A stretch of DNA of 64,000 nucleotides from an uncultured Gemmatimonadaceae bacterium (GTDB lineage Bacteria; Gemmatimonadota; Gemmatimonadetes; Gemmatimonadales; Gemmatimonadaceae): contig CAWHHI010000010.1 in the NCBI GenBank assembly GCA_963829055.1, positions 96,001-160,000 on the forward strand. The letters run 5' to 3'. Each line of letters opens with the position of its first letter. Within the stretch, counting starts at the first letter, position 1. The position numbers and the translations under genes are program-made. This document shows, piece after piece, positions 35,315 through 45,042 of the stretch. Under the pieces are notes generated by a model, which did not search any database, had not been told where the DNA came from, and saw only the letters and a program-made list of their open reading frames with translations.

Positions 35315-36586
35315 ATGCCTACGATTCGCGATTTCCTAATGCTCGCCGCCGCACTGGCCACCGTCACGTCCTCGAGCGCGGCGCAGCGCCGGCCCGCTGC
35401 CGCAGACACGGCGTCACTGCTGGCGCACGCGCGCCGACTGCACCGGGAAGTGCCGATGATCGATACACACAACGATCTCCCGGAGATGATTCATAGCGGT
35501 GCTCATGGTGATCTCGACGCGATGGACCCAGACAAGACGCTCCCGATCGACACGGACATTCCGCGACTCAAGAAAGGGCTCGTCGGCGCCCAGTTCTTCG
35601 CCGCGTACGTGCCTTCATCGTTCATCGAGAAGGGCGGCGCCAGGTTCGCGCTCGAGGAGATCGACATCATCGATCGCTTCACTAGGGCGTCGCCGTCGCT
35701 CGAAGCTGCCCGCACCGCGGACGACATCACCCGGATTCACGCCAAGGGGAAGATCGCGTCGCTGATCGGGATAGAGGGCGGGCAGGCGATCGAAAATTCG
35801 TTAGGCGCGCTCCGCCTGTTCTTTCGCCTCGGCGTGCGATACATGACACTGACTCACAGCAGCACGACGCTGTGGGCCGACGCCGCGACCGACGAACCGA
35901 AGCACGGAGGCCTCACCCGCTTCGGCGAAGAGGTCGTGCGCGAGATGAATCGCCTCGGGATGATGGTCGACATCTCGCACGTGTCCGACGGGACGATGGA
36001 CGACGTCCTTCGCATCAGCGAAGCGCCGGTGATCTTCAGTCATTCCTCCGCGCGCGCGCTCGCCGATCATTGCCGCAACGTTCCCGACAGCATTCTGACT
36101 CGGCTCGCGAAGAACGGCGGAGTCGTGATGGTGAACATCTATCCAGGGTTCATCAACGCAACCGCGGCGAAGCAGGCCGCCAACGTGCTGGACAAGGAAC
36201 GCGAGTTCAAAGCCATGTACCCGAACGATCCGGATAAATCGGCCAAGGCGTTCACGGATTTCTTGAGCACATTCAAAACCGAGACGGGCACGCTCGAGGA
36301 AGTCGCGGATCACATCGACTACATCCGGAAAGTCGCCGGCATCGACCACGTGGGGATTGGCGCCGATTTTGGCTCGCTCACGCAGCATCCGACCGGACTC
36401 GACGATGTGTCCCGGTACCCGTATCTTACCGCCGAGCTGATTCGCCGGGGCTATACGGATTCCGAGGTGAAAAAGGTCTTGGGGCTCAACATCCTCCGCG
36501 TGATGCGGGAGGTGGAGCGAGCAGCTGTGCGAATCCAGCGAACGCGCGGGCCGTCCACCGCGACGATCGAGGAGTTACGCCAGTGA
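35315..36586 (+). CDS. Secreted M19 membrane dipeptidase
   Basis: IDTHND, IEGG, RYMTLTH, DISHVS, FSHS, GIGADF. Confidence 0.93.
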   Translation: MPTIRDFLMLAAALATVTSSSAAQRRPAAADTASLLAHARRLHREVPMIDTHNDLPEMIHSGAHGDLDAMDPDKTLPIDTDIPRLKKGLVGAQFFAAYVPSSFIEKGGARFALEEIDIIDRFTRASPSLEAARTADDITRIHAKGKIASLIGIEGGQAIENSLGALRLFFRLGVRYMTLTHSSTTLWADAATDEPKHGGLTRFGEEVVREMNRLGMMVDISHVSDGTMDDVLRISEAPVIFSHSSARALADHCRNVPDSILTRLAKNGGVVMVNIYPGFINATAAKQAANVLDKEREFKAMYPNDPDKSAKAFTDFLSTFKTETGTLEEVADHIDYIRKVAGIDHVGIGADFGSLTQHPTGLDDVSRYPYLTAELIRRGYTDSEVKKVLGLNILRVMREVERAAVRIQRTRGPSTATIEELRQ

Positions 36587-36624
36587 GTTCCTATTAGGCC
36601 CGCACTCCAGCCTTCCACGTCAGG

Positions 36625-37974
36625 TCAGCGATTGACCGGGAATTCCTGTATCCAGTGGAATCCGCGCGATATCAGCAAGAACTTGTTCAGGTCGTGCTGC
36701 GTCATTGCCATGCGCACGCGCTTGCCGCCCAGGTCTCCCTCGAATGTGAGCTTCGTCGGTGACGGCCGCTCGTATGCCAGCACCGACTTCCATGTACTGT
36801 CGCTGCCTTTCTTCAGATCGATCGTGCGCTTCACGGTGTCGATCGTACCGACGAAGCGATCGAACGACTGATCCATCTTCTGGAACGAGATGCCGCCGTT
36901 CAATGACTGAAACACCGCGTGCCCATATCGCAGACTGTCGGTCGTGAGCGGTGGCCGAATCTCGCCGTTGATCGCCATCGAGTCTACGTCCCAGATGCCA
37001 TAGAGCGGGGACTTCGGCGCACCGGGGCCGTACTGCTTGTAGCCCTGCGTTCCGCCATACACCGCGAGGCCGAGCGCCCAGACGGTGAACACCAGCAGTG
37101 CGGCGATCCAGCGGCGGTGTGACGACGCGCTCGGACCATAACGCGGCGCCGACGCCGGCACGACCGGGCGATTCAGCACGAACCAGTTGATCAGGCGACG
37201 CGCATCTGGCGCGATGAGAAAAATCGACATCAGCACCAGATGAAACGCGAACAGCTTCACCGGTACATCGTACGTCATGTTCACCATGAACACGCCGAAC
37301 GTCACGCCGAACGTCACGAGTGCGCCGATCAACCCCGTCCACGGCAACAACAACAGCAGCCCACCGAGCACCTCGGCCGATCCGATGAAGCGTTCGTATC
37401 CTGGTGCGGCGCCGATCGAGTACCAGATCACTCCCATCGGCGAGAAGTCGCCGTATGGCTCGAGCAATCGACTGAGGAACACCGTCGGCATCTGCAGCGG
37501 AAATACTTTCGCGAAGCCGTACGAGAACATCGTTGTGCCAAGCGCGACTCGAAGAAACAGTCGGAACCATTTCTGGAGACGGGGATAGCTCGTCGTTCGG
37601 CGCGCGACGATCGACCAGACGACGGTGCCGAGGGCTGCCAGTAATACCAGGGTGAAGGCGTGCGTCCAGTCGAACAGCGTGTCGCCACTTCCGGTCGGAT
37701 GCACCGTGGGCGTTACACCGAGTACGTGATTGCCGACCCAGAGCACGAGAGGGCGTATCGGCAACTTTTCGGCAAGCACCGGCACGCGGAACTTCGGGAT
37801 CGGCAGCATGCCCGCAAGCATCTGCGTCGTGAGGACGTAGATGCCGAAGTAGAGGAAGCAGAACCGGAAGGCAATGCGGGCGGCGGGAGACCACGCGCCT
37901 TCGCTCTGTTGTTGCGGTTCTGGCACCACGCTCGACGGCGAGCGCTCCGTGATGTAGTCGGCGGTGAGAGTCAT
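36625..37974 (-). CDS. DoxX-like membrane protein
   Basis: YGFAKVFPLQMP, YGDFSPMG, NMTYDVPVK, RGFHWIQEFP. Confidence 0.82.
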   Translation of the reverse strand: MTLTADYITERSPSSVVPEPQQQSEGAWSPAARIAFRFCFLYFGIYVLTTQMLAGMLPIPKFRVPVLAEKLPIRPLVLWVGNHVLGVTPTVHPTGSGDTLFDWTHAFTLVLLAALGTVVWSIVARRTTSYPRLQKWFRLFLRVALGTTMFSYGFAKVFPLQMPTVFLSRLLEPYGDFSPMGVIWYSIGAAPGYERFIGSAEVLGGLLLLLPWTGLIGALVTFGVTFGVFMVNMTYDVPVKLFAFHLVLMSIFLIAPDARRLINWFVLNRPVVPASAPRYGPSASSHRRWIAALLVFTVWALGLAVYGGTQGYKQYGPGAPKSPLYGIWDVDSMAINGEIRPPLTTDSLRYGHAVFQSLNGGISFQKMDQSFDRFVGTIDTVKRTIDLKKGSDSTWKSVLAYERPSPTKLTFEGDLGGKRVRMAMTQHDLNKFLLISRGFHWIQEFPVNR

Positions 37975-38025
37975 GAGGTGTGACGATCGTGGAGGGTCCC
38001 GGTCCGCGTTCGAACCGACAACCGT

Positions 38026-38754
38026 ATGACAGGTGCCGGTCGTCCGCCATACTGGTCTGCGCGATCCGCCCCGGCAGGCCTACCGCGAAGATGTCCGATG
38101 GTGGCATGGGGACACATGCTGTGCTCGGCGTCGCGTCGAGTCGCCGCTTGCGGCGACGCCGGCCCAGGCTACGAGCTCGAGCCCGGAGCGCTGGCTGCTG
38201 CCCAGTGCTACCCGGAGCTTATCCCCGCAACGCTTCTCGGCTACGCGTGGGGTCTCGGATTGCTGGGAGCGGGATCGGCGATCATCGCGGCGGGGCGCCG
38301 ATGGTTCAACGTGCCGTACCCGCCAGTCCCCATCGCCGACTTTGCGTTTCAGCAGCGATTTCCGTGGGCCGCACCGCTCTTGCCGATCGGTTTTGCTCTC
38401 GTGTTGAGTGCGATCATCCTGTTCGCGACTGGATCGATGCAGCGGCGTCGCGGAATGCTGCCGCTTCTCTGCGTGCTGATCGGTGTCGCGGTCGTCAGCA
38501 CGTTCGCGGGCGTCGTATATCCGTTCGAGGCGGTCGCGTTCTCATCGCTGCTCGCGCTCGTCCCGATCTGCGTCGTGAGCGCCGGATTTCTGGCGAGCGT
38601 GATCGCGATCTCGGTCGCGATGGGCGTTCCGATCGCGATCGACCTGATGTGGGCGGGCGGGGAGTTCATGTCGTCCGGCATCATCGCCTTGCTGCTGCTG
38701 CTCGTGCCCGCAGCGTGGGCGATGCGGTTGTACGCGGCGGAACGGAAGGCCTGA
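38026..38754 (+). CDS. Multi-TM membrane protein, possibly a 5'-truncated fragment
   Basis: About six hydrophobic segments in the C-terminal 170 aa; the N-terminus looks non-coding. Confidence 0.45.
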   Translation: MTGAGRPPYWSARSAPAGLPRRCPMVAWGHMLCSASRRVAACGDAGPGYELEPGALAAAQCYPELIPATLLGYAWGLGLLGAGSAIIAAGRRWFNVPYPPVPIADFAFQQRFPWAAPLLPIGFALVLSAIILFATGSMQRRRGMLPLLCVLIGVAVVSTFAGVVYPFEAVAFSSLLALVPICVVSAGFLASVIAISVAMGVPIAIDLMWAGGEFMSSGIIALLLLLVPAAWAMRLYAAERKA

Positions 38755-38801
38755 TGTAGCCGGGTTTCCACCGCACGAGGACTGGAAGGGCGCTCGGTAG
38801 T

Positions 38802-40247
38802 TCACCGCGACTTCGCGGCCGGCTGCGCTGCGCGAAGTGCGCGCTCGCGCAGCGCCGCGAGCGCGGCCGGCGCGTATGCGCGACCGTCCGCAACCACGAG
38901 TGCGATGCGACGGGTGTTGCGAATGTCGCGGAGCGGGTCGGCATCGAGGACCATGAGGTCCGCGACGCACCCCGCGCACACGGTGCCGACCGTATCGCTG
39001 GCGAAGTAGCGTGCCGGCTCCGCCGTCGCGGTCCGCAGCGCGCGCCACGGGGAGAGGCCGGATCGCACCAGCGCTTCGAGCTCCGCGTGCATCCCAAACC
39101 CTGGGATGCTGTTGGGGAGTGGCGCGTCGGTGCCCGCGAGGATCGGAACTCCACTCTGCGCCAGCCCTCTCACCACCTCGAGCCGCTTCGTCCAGAGCGC
39201 GCGTCCGAGCACGCTCGCGTCCGGGGGCATGTCGGGCGGGATCTCTAGCGCGGCCGCCATCGCGGCGCGCAGCGTCGGCGGCAGGTAGTGCGCGAGCGTG
39301 TCCGACGGCAGTCGCTCCTTCGGGAGCGCCGCGAGCATCTCGAGCGCGACGAACGTCGGAGTCACCCATGTCGGGTCGGCGGCGATGTGGCGATAGACCG
39401 CCGTCTGGTCGCTCGTGCTGCACTCGCCGAGGACGGCCAGGTCGAGAGGATACGCGGCCGACAGTCGGACCGAGTCGGCTGCGGAGCACGGGTTCAGAAA
39501 GCCGTCGAGGTGCTCGAGGCTGCGCTGCCCGGAGTCCGCCGCTTCTTCGACGGTGACGTCGGACTGCAGGTGACCGGCGAGCGGCAGGCCGCGCGCACGG
39601 GCGGCGCGGGCGAGAGCGAAGAACGCGTCGCGCGGTACCAGCGCGTGCACCTTCACGAAATCCACGCCGAGTCCGGCGAGTGAATCAACGGCGGCGCGTG
39701 CCTGCTCGGGCGTGCGGACGACGAAGTGCGGAAGCGCCGCCTCGCCGCCCTGGACGTACGGACCCGAGGCGACGATGCGCGGCCCGGCGCGCGTGCCTCC
39801 GCGGATCTCGTCCCTCCACCGCCGGATGACGGCGAAGTCGCCGCCCATGTCCCGGACGCCGGTCACACCGTTCGCGATGTAGAGACCGAGCAGCGCCGCT
39901 CCATCCGGAACAGCCGTGTGCACGTGCATGTCCCACAGGCCCGGGATGACGAACTTGCCCGATGCGTCGACGACGCGGGCGTTCGCCGGGACCTTGATCG
40001 TGCTCCCCGCGCCCACGCTGACAATGCGTCCGCCATCGACGACGACGGTGCCGTCCCGGATCGGGATGGAGTCGGTCATCGTGTGGATCGTGGCGTGGAT
40101 GATGGCGAGGGGGCGGCGCGCGGGGACGGTCGGCGAGCCGCCCTGCTGCGCGTGGGCGGGCGCGGCGAGAGCGATGGCAAAGAGCGCGAGCGCGCGGCGA
40201 AGCGCCGGTCGCGGCTCGGGGATCTCGAACGAACTGGTGCTCGGCAT
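38802..40247 (-). CDS. Secreted amidohydrolase family protein
   Basis: IPGLWDMHVH, GVTGVRDMG, FVKVH, SLEH, LAGTD, ADLMVLDADP. Confidence 0.9.
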   Translation of the reverse strand: MPSTSSFEIPEPRPALRRALALFAIALAAPAHAQQGGSPTVPARRPLAIIHATIHTMTDSIPIRDGTVVVDGGRIVSVGAGSTIKVPANARVVDASGKFVIPGLWDMHVHTAVPDGAALLGLYIANGVTGVRDMGGDFAVIRRWRDEIRGGTRAGPRIVASGPYVQGGEAALPHFVVRTPEQARAAVDSLAGLGVDFVKVHALVPRDAFFALARAARARGLPLAGHLQSDVTVEEAADSGQRSLEHLDGFLNPCSAADSVRLSAAYPLDLAVLGECSTSDQTAVYRHIAADPTWVTPTFVALEMLAALPKERLPSDTLAHYLPPTLRAAMAAALEIPPDMPPDASVLGRALWTKRLEVVRGLAQSGVPILAGTDAPLPNSIPGFGMHAELEALVRSGLSPWRALRTATAEPARYFASDTVGTVCAGCVADLMVLDADPLRDIRNTRRIALVVADGRAYAPAALAALRERALRAAQPAAKSR

Positions 40248-40511
40248 TCGTGAGGGAGTGGCCGGAGTCGGGTCGAAGAAGCCTCGAAAGCTAAGGGGCG
40301 CGCTCGGCAGCGCTGGCATCATGGAACAGCCGTCCACGCTTTGATGACGTAGCGGATCGCGTTCGTGCTCTCGAGGTCCTCGGGTCGGTTGCGTCGAGCG
40401 CCATCGGCGAGCGCGATGGTTGCTACTTGGCACCGCTCGCGAGCTTCGACGCCCCGTTAGCCGGCGGCTCGGCGGCATCATCCCGGCTCGGCTTGGCGGA
40501 CTCCGCTCGGC

Positions 40512-40853
40512 TCAGTCCTGCTCGAAGCCGTCGGCGTCGCCCGCATCGCCGGCATCACCGGCATCGCCGGCGTCGTGCCCCCAATCGCCGCCGTCATGGT
40601 CGTTATGGTCGTGATGGTGGCTGTCGTCGGAGCCGTGATGGTGGTCGTGGTCGTGATGGTGATGGTGGCGATCGTGGCGACCCCGATGCGCGTCGCCGCC
40701 TGTGTGCGGGCCGTCGTCGGCCGCCCGGACGTCGGAGACGAGGCTGTCGTCCGCCGCATCGGCCTGCGTCGCCCGAGCGCGCCGGCGATACTGCGCGATC
40801 AGGTAGCCGCCGATCAGGAGCGCGACCGCCCCGGGGACCCAGCCGGTCATCAC
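40512..40853 (-). CDS. Small membrane-anchored His/Asp/Gly-rich protein
   Basis: N-terminal TM, then HHHHHDHDHHHG...HHHDHNDHD and GDA x4. Confidence 0.65.
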   Translation of the reverse strand: MMTGWVPGAVALLIGGYLIAQYRRRARATQADAADDSLVSDVRAADDGPHTGGDAHRGRHDRHHHHHDHDHHHGSDDSHHHDHNDHDGGDWGHDAGDAGDAGDAGDADGFEQD

Positions 40854-40955
40854 GACTCTCCGCGACAGAGGTGTCGTTCGCCGTCCAGTATCTGGCTCTT
40901 TGCGGACGTTAGGTGGGAATCGGTTGGGGCGCTAGCTCCATGCCATCCTCGAGCG

Positions 40956-41183
40956 AAGGTGCAGATCGGGCTGGGGGCCATGATCGGTCTTCCGATCGCC
41001 GCACGGTCTATGTTCGAGCTCACCGGTACGCCCGATGGCGGTGGCTCCGTGGCGCAATCGATGGCGGTCGCGCTCGGCCTCTCGGCGGGGATCGTGCTAG
41101 CCGTGGGATTGGGGTCCTGTCTCGTGCCTACGCGGCGAGTCCTCGCGATCCAGGCGAGTGAGGCATTGCACGCGGACGCTTGA
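40956..41183 (+). pseudogene. C-terminal fragment of an ADOP/FtsX-type ABC permease
   Basis: QIGLGAMIGLP...GLGSCLVPTRRVLAIQASEALHADA* matches the ADOP C-terminus; no upstream body is present. Confidence 0.7.
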
Positions 41184-41213
41184 TAAGGACTCCATCACGA
41201 TCGCCGTCCTGCC

Positions 41214-41714
41214 CTAGGCGCCACGTTCACGACCGACGTAGGCGAAAGCAACGTAGTCGTTTCCGTTGAACACGAAGCCAGCCACTTCGTGCATTCCCAT
41301 CTTGGCGTGCGCGCGCAGCGATGCCGGGTTATCGCGCCGGATAAAAAGAATACCCTCCCGTCCTGGCAACAAGCACTGCAATTCCGCGAACATGGCCTGT
41401 GCCAAGCCTTTGCCACGCTCCTCGGCGCTCACGCAGATCGGGCCGTAAACATAGGCATCAGTTGCACCGGGATACGCGGCGAGCATCGCACGGATGATGG
41501 GAACATCGGCATTCATCTCCCGCGCGCTGGTCATCAGGTAGCCGGTGATGCGGCCACTGGATCGTGCGACGATCAACGGCATGGCACGCATCATTTCGGC
41601 GATTCGCGGACGTGGCAGGCTGGCCGAGAGCATGCCACCGCGCTCGGGCTGGTTTGCCGCCTGCAGTTCCAGGATACCGTCCAGATCGATCTCGGTTGCT
41701 CGGCTAATCTCCAC
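41214..41714 (-). CDS. GNAT family N-acetyltransferase
   Basis: YGPICVSAEERGKGLA, NPASLRAHAKMG; RBS GGAGG. Confidence 0.88.
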   Translation of the reverse strand: MEISRATEIDLDGILELQAANQPERGGMLSASLPRPRIAEMMRAMPLIVARSSGRITGYLMTSAREMNADVPIIRAMLAAYPGATDAYVYGPICVSAEERGKGLAQAMFAELQCLLPGREGILFIRRDNPASLRAHAKMGMHEVAGFVFNGNDYVAFAYVGRERGA

Positions 41715-41819
41715 GCGCCTCCTCCAGCGCCTAACGCCCGAGTGATGGCACTTGCGTGAGCGCCGGTGATCGAGGATAGAATGGCATCGCCCGGGAAGAC
41801 GTCGGCGCGCGGCACCCGA

Positions 41820-42053
41820 TTACACCCGTCGACCGCGGACGCCCGAGGCAACCACCAGCAATCCCACAACGAGCACGAGCGCACCGGCTGTCATCCAGCC
41901 GACCGATCCCCCCTCCAGAGGCTTGCAGTTCGCCACACACAGGATCGGGCGGATGTGGACCAAGTCAGCCCCCTGCAACAGCCAGAGCAAGCCGAGGAGC
42001 GTCAGCGCAACGCCCAACAGGATCCGCGCGATGGCCCAGGAGCTCATGATCAT
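41820..42053 (-). CDS. Small two-TM membrane protein
   Basis: LLGLLWLLQGADLVHIRPILCVANCKPL, then a second TM; RBS GAGGT. Confidence 0.65.
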   Translation of the reverse strand: MIMSSWAIARILLGVALTLLGLLWLLQGADLVHIRPILCVANCKPLEGGSVGWMTAGALVLVVGLLVVASGVRGRRV

Positions 42054-42147
42054 ACCTCGAGGCTGACGCCTAACGTTCATCGGCCTGTTCCGTCGTAACC
42101 CGACCACCACGGCAACCGCTGATGACGGGACTCAAAGCCGGGCAGCC

Positions 42148-42232
42148 CTACGCCAGGGCGTTCCGGGCGATGACCTCGCGATGGAACGCGGCGCTCAGTT
42201 TGGGCCTGCGACGCTGCGTGGCGTAGTCCACA
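42148..42232 (-). pseudogene. C-terminal tail of a GH1 beta-glucosidase
   Basis: VDYATQRRRPKLSAAFHREVIARNALA* resembles the GH1 end motif VDyxTqkRxPKxSa. Confidence 0.6.
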
Positions 42233-42244
42233 CAGCGCCGCGGC

Positions 42245-42475
42245 GCACTCCTCGCGCTCGAGGTGCGAATAACGCGGGTGCACGTGGCCGAAGCGGTACG
42301 ACTGCCCGGGCACCGGAATCGCATCGACCCCGATCGCTGGCGTCCGCTCATCATGAGCTTCCAGCAGTTCTACGGTCTCGGGGACCGCGTGCAGCCGTCG
42401 ACGCTCGCCGAGATTCCCGAGGAGGCGTATCGGCCGCGCGGGCCGGTCGTGCCTAACGTTACCCAGGCGGCGTGA
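42245..42475 (+). pseudogene. C-terminal fragment of a flavin-reductase-like protein
   Basis: ALEVRITRVHV...NRIDPDRWRPLIMSFQQFYGL...STLAEIPE, recognised from memory as a flavin reductase C-terminus; no start codon or N-terminus. Confidence 0.55.
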
Positions 42476-42511
42476 GCGAAGCCAACGAGCGCGGCCCGAG
42501 GAATCGAGGAT

Positions 42512-43403
42512 CTACCGTTCGCTGCTGTCCGGGACGCGCGCGCGGGCCGCGGCGACCGCTCGCTCGGCATCTCGCACCTGTGCCGCCGCGGCCTCGGCGG
42601 CGCGTCGCGCACGTTCGACGTCGGCGCGTCGCGCCTTTGCCTCGGCCTGCGCGTCCAATAGCGCGCGCTCGGCGGCATCGAGCGTCGCCTGGGTCTCTCG
42701 AACCGATTGCTCGGCACGCTCCGACTGTTCGCGCGCGTCCGCGAGCGACGCTTCGGCGCGGTGCAGATCGGCGCGGGCGGCAATCGCGCGCTCGGCCTCC
42801 TGCGCGGCTTGCTTCGCCGCCTGCGCGCTCGGCTCCGCCTTCGGCGGCTCGGGGACGGGTGCAGCGGTCGATTGCGGCGATGCAGCAACCGATGGCGACG
42901 ACGGGACGCTGATCGTGATGGCCGTGAGGATATCGAGTCCACCGCCGTCAGGCACGTCGACCAACCGTCCGGCGCGCAGGTCGCTGAACGCGCTTGTCTC
43001 GCCGATCACCGCGTGCACAGCGGTCACGAGTGCATGCGCGTCGATCGGCTGCCCTGCGCGGATCGCGACGCGCGCACCCGCCGCGGCCACGTCGCGTATG
43101 GCCGTGCGTACGTTGTCCATCGCGACGCGCAGGTCGGCGCCGGACTGCACGGTTTGCGCTGCACCTGATTGCAGCCGTGAGCTGTTCGATGGACGCCGGG
43201 TCCTCGTGCACGATGTTGTCGAGCACCCACGCGGTGCGGCTCGGCTTGCGCAGTGCCTTGACGCGGTCGGCGTCCTCGCGCCGTTTGGCCGCGCGCAACT
43301 GCTTGGCCAGCGCATCGCGCCGGCTGACGAACTCCTCGAGCGGTCCACGGTAGACCGCGAGTAGCGCCGTTTCGAGCTCGCTCGGCTCCGGAGGCTGGGT
43401 CAT
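42512..43403 (-). CDS. Conserved hypothetical coiled-coil protein (frameshift near 43170)
   Basis: YRGPLEEFVSRRDALAKQLR...VKALRKPSRTAW; Ala/Glu/Arg-rich coiled coil. Confidence 0.7.
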
Positions 43404-43408
43404 ACGCG

Positions 43409-43967
43409 TCAACCTACCCCGCTGAGCTCCCGCGCCAGCCATGCCTGCGCGAATCGCAGGTCCCGCATCGCCGTCGGCGCGGAGGTGCCGAGCACCTCGG
43501 CTGTCTCCTCGAGCGTGAGGCCGCCGAAGAAGCGGAGCTCGACCGCCTTCGCTTGCCGCGGGCTGATCGCCTCCAGCCGTGAGAGAGCGTCATCGAGCTC
43601 GAGCACCGTGTCGAGGTCCACCTCCGGCGCGGCAATCTTCTCGTCGAGTGAGAGCTGCTGGCGAGCCCCGCCACGCTTCGCCGCGTTGCGCTGGTTGGCG
43701 TAGTCGATGAGCACGCGTCGCATCGTGCGCGACGCCATCGCGAGGAAGTGCGCCCGGTCCTGCCACTCCACGCGCTCCACATCGACCAGCCGCAGATACG
43801 CCTCGTGCACGAGCCCCGTCGTGCCGAGCGTGTGGCCGGCGCGCTCGCCACGCAGCCGCGCCCGGGCGAGCTGCCGCAGCTCCTCGTAGACGACGGGCAG
43901 TACGCGATCCATCGCCTCGGGATCGCCCTTCCCGCCAGCGGCGGAGCATCTGGGTGACGTCGGTCAT
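43409..43967 (-). CDS. ECF sigma factor, TIGR02999/ECF43-like (indel near 43925)
   Basis: MTDVTQMLRRWREG, VYEELRQLA, HTLGTTGLVHEAYLRL, VELRFFGGLT, RDLRFAQAWL. Confidence 0.92.
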
Positions 43968-44049
43968 GGGCGCGGGGAGGGGGGCAATCGCCGTGATTTG
44001 GGTGCGATGAAAAATCGGGGGGTCGTTTGCCGCCATACAAGGTGAAGCA

Positions 44050-44919
44050 GTGAACCAGCCGACCTCGCCCCCACTGGAGTCATGCCATGCAGACCACCAT
44101 TCGCGCGCGCCGCGCCCGTCGTTCACCGGCCATGCGGTCGTCGCTACCCTCATCGTCCTCCCCGTCCTCGCCGCCTGCAGCGAATCCATCGCGAGCGAGA
44201 CGAAGAGCGCCATTACCTACGCTGCTCCGACGCCCATCGGTGATGGGACTGTCCGCACCTACGTCGTCCGTGACTCCCGGGGCGTCCCCACATCGGTCGG
44301 TGTCGAGCTCTCCGAGTCCGCACTTCGCGGCCTGCCGGCCACGAAGACGATGCTTCACCTCCCGTTCCCGAAGGAAGCGGGCGACCAGTACACGTTCGCC
44401 ATGTTCGACTGGAACCCCGCCGGGCACGTGCCCGACCACGTCTATACGATCCCACATTTCGACTTCCATTTCTACATGGCGAAGGAGGACGATGTCATGG
44501 CGATCTCGGGTGGGCCCGACCCGGTCGTCGCGGAATCCCGCTTCGTCCCGAAGGACTACATCTCGCCCGGGAACGAGGCGTTCCCCGCGATGGGTGTGCA
44601 CTGGGTCGACGCGACGTCTGGAGAGTTCAATGGAAAGACCTTCGACCAGACGTTCATCTGGGGCTTCAGCCGCGGACAGCTCCTGTTCATCGAGCCGATG
44701 ATCACGAAGGCGTTCCTCGAGTCGACGTCCTCGTTCACGACGGAGCTCAGGCAGCCGGAGTCGGTCCAGCGCGCCGGGCTCTATCCCAAGCGGTACTCGA
44801 TCCGCCATGACACCGCCGCCAAGGTCTACCGCGTCACGCTCGACGACCTGACGCCGAGAGATGAGCTAGCCCCATGGACTCCACCAAGCGCAGTCAATGG
44901 ATCTTCCCCGCCCTGTTGA
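44050..44919 (+). CDS. DUF5602-like lipoprotein (termini uncertain)
   Basis: Lipobox LAAC; DWNPAGH, PHFDFHFY, PAMGVHWVD, FIEPMIT. Confidence 0.8.
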   Translation: MNQPTSPPLESCHADHHSRAPRPSFTGHAVVATLIVLPVLAACSESIASETKSAITYAAPTPIGDGTVRTYVVRDSRGVPTSVGVELSESALRGLPATKTMLHLPFPKEAGDQYTFAMFDWNPAGHVPDHVYTIPHFDFHFYMAKEDDVMAISGGPDPVVAESRFVPKDYISPGNEAFPAMGVHWVDATSGEFNGKTFDQTFIWGFSRGQLLFIEPMITKAFLESTSSFTTELRQPESVQRAGLYPKRYSIRHDTAAKVYRVTLDDLTPRDELAPWTPPSAVNGSSPPC

Positions 44920-45042
44920 TCCTCATGAACGTGGGCGCCTCTGTGGTGGCGTTTAAGGCGGGGGATTGGCGTCGTGGGGTGTACTGGATCGCGAGTGCCT
45001 TGTGCCTTGGGATGTTCGCGGCGTACGTCAGGGTTCGATCGT

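Noticed and set aside
35807..40907. 5-kb gap in the motif as evidence of foreign DNA
   Set aside because: One gap of this size among about 64 intervals is compatible with random spacing at one per kb.
27826..42457. A canonical integron or attC cassette array
   Set aside because: No tyrosine integrase is present. No 57-141-bp attC hairpins follow the genes, and most GTTAGGC copies are inside core genes.
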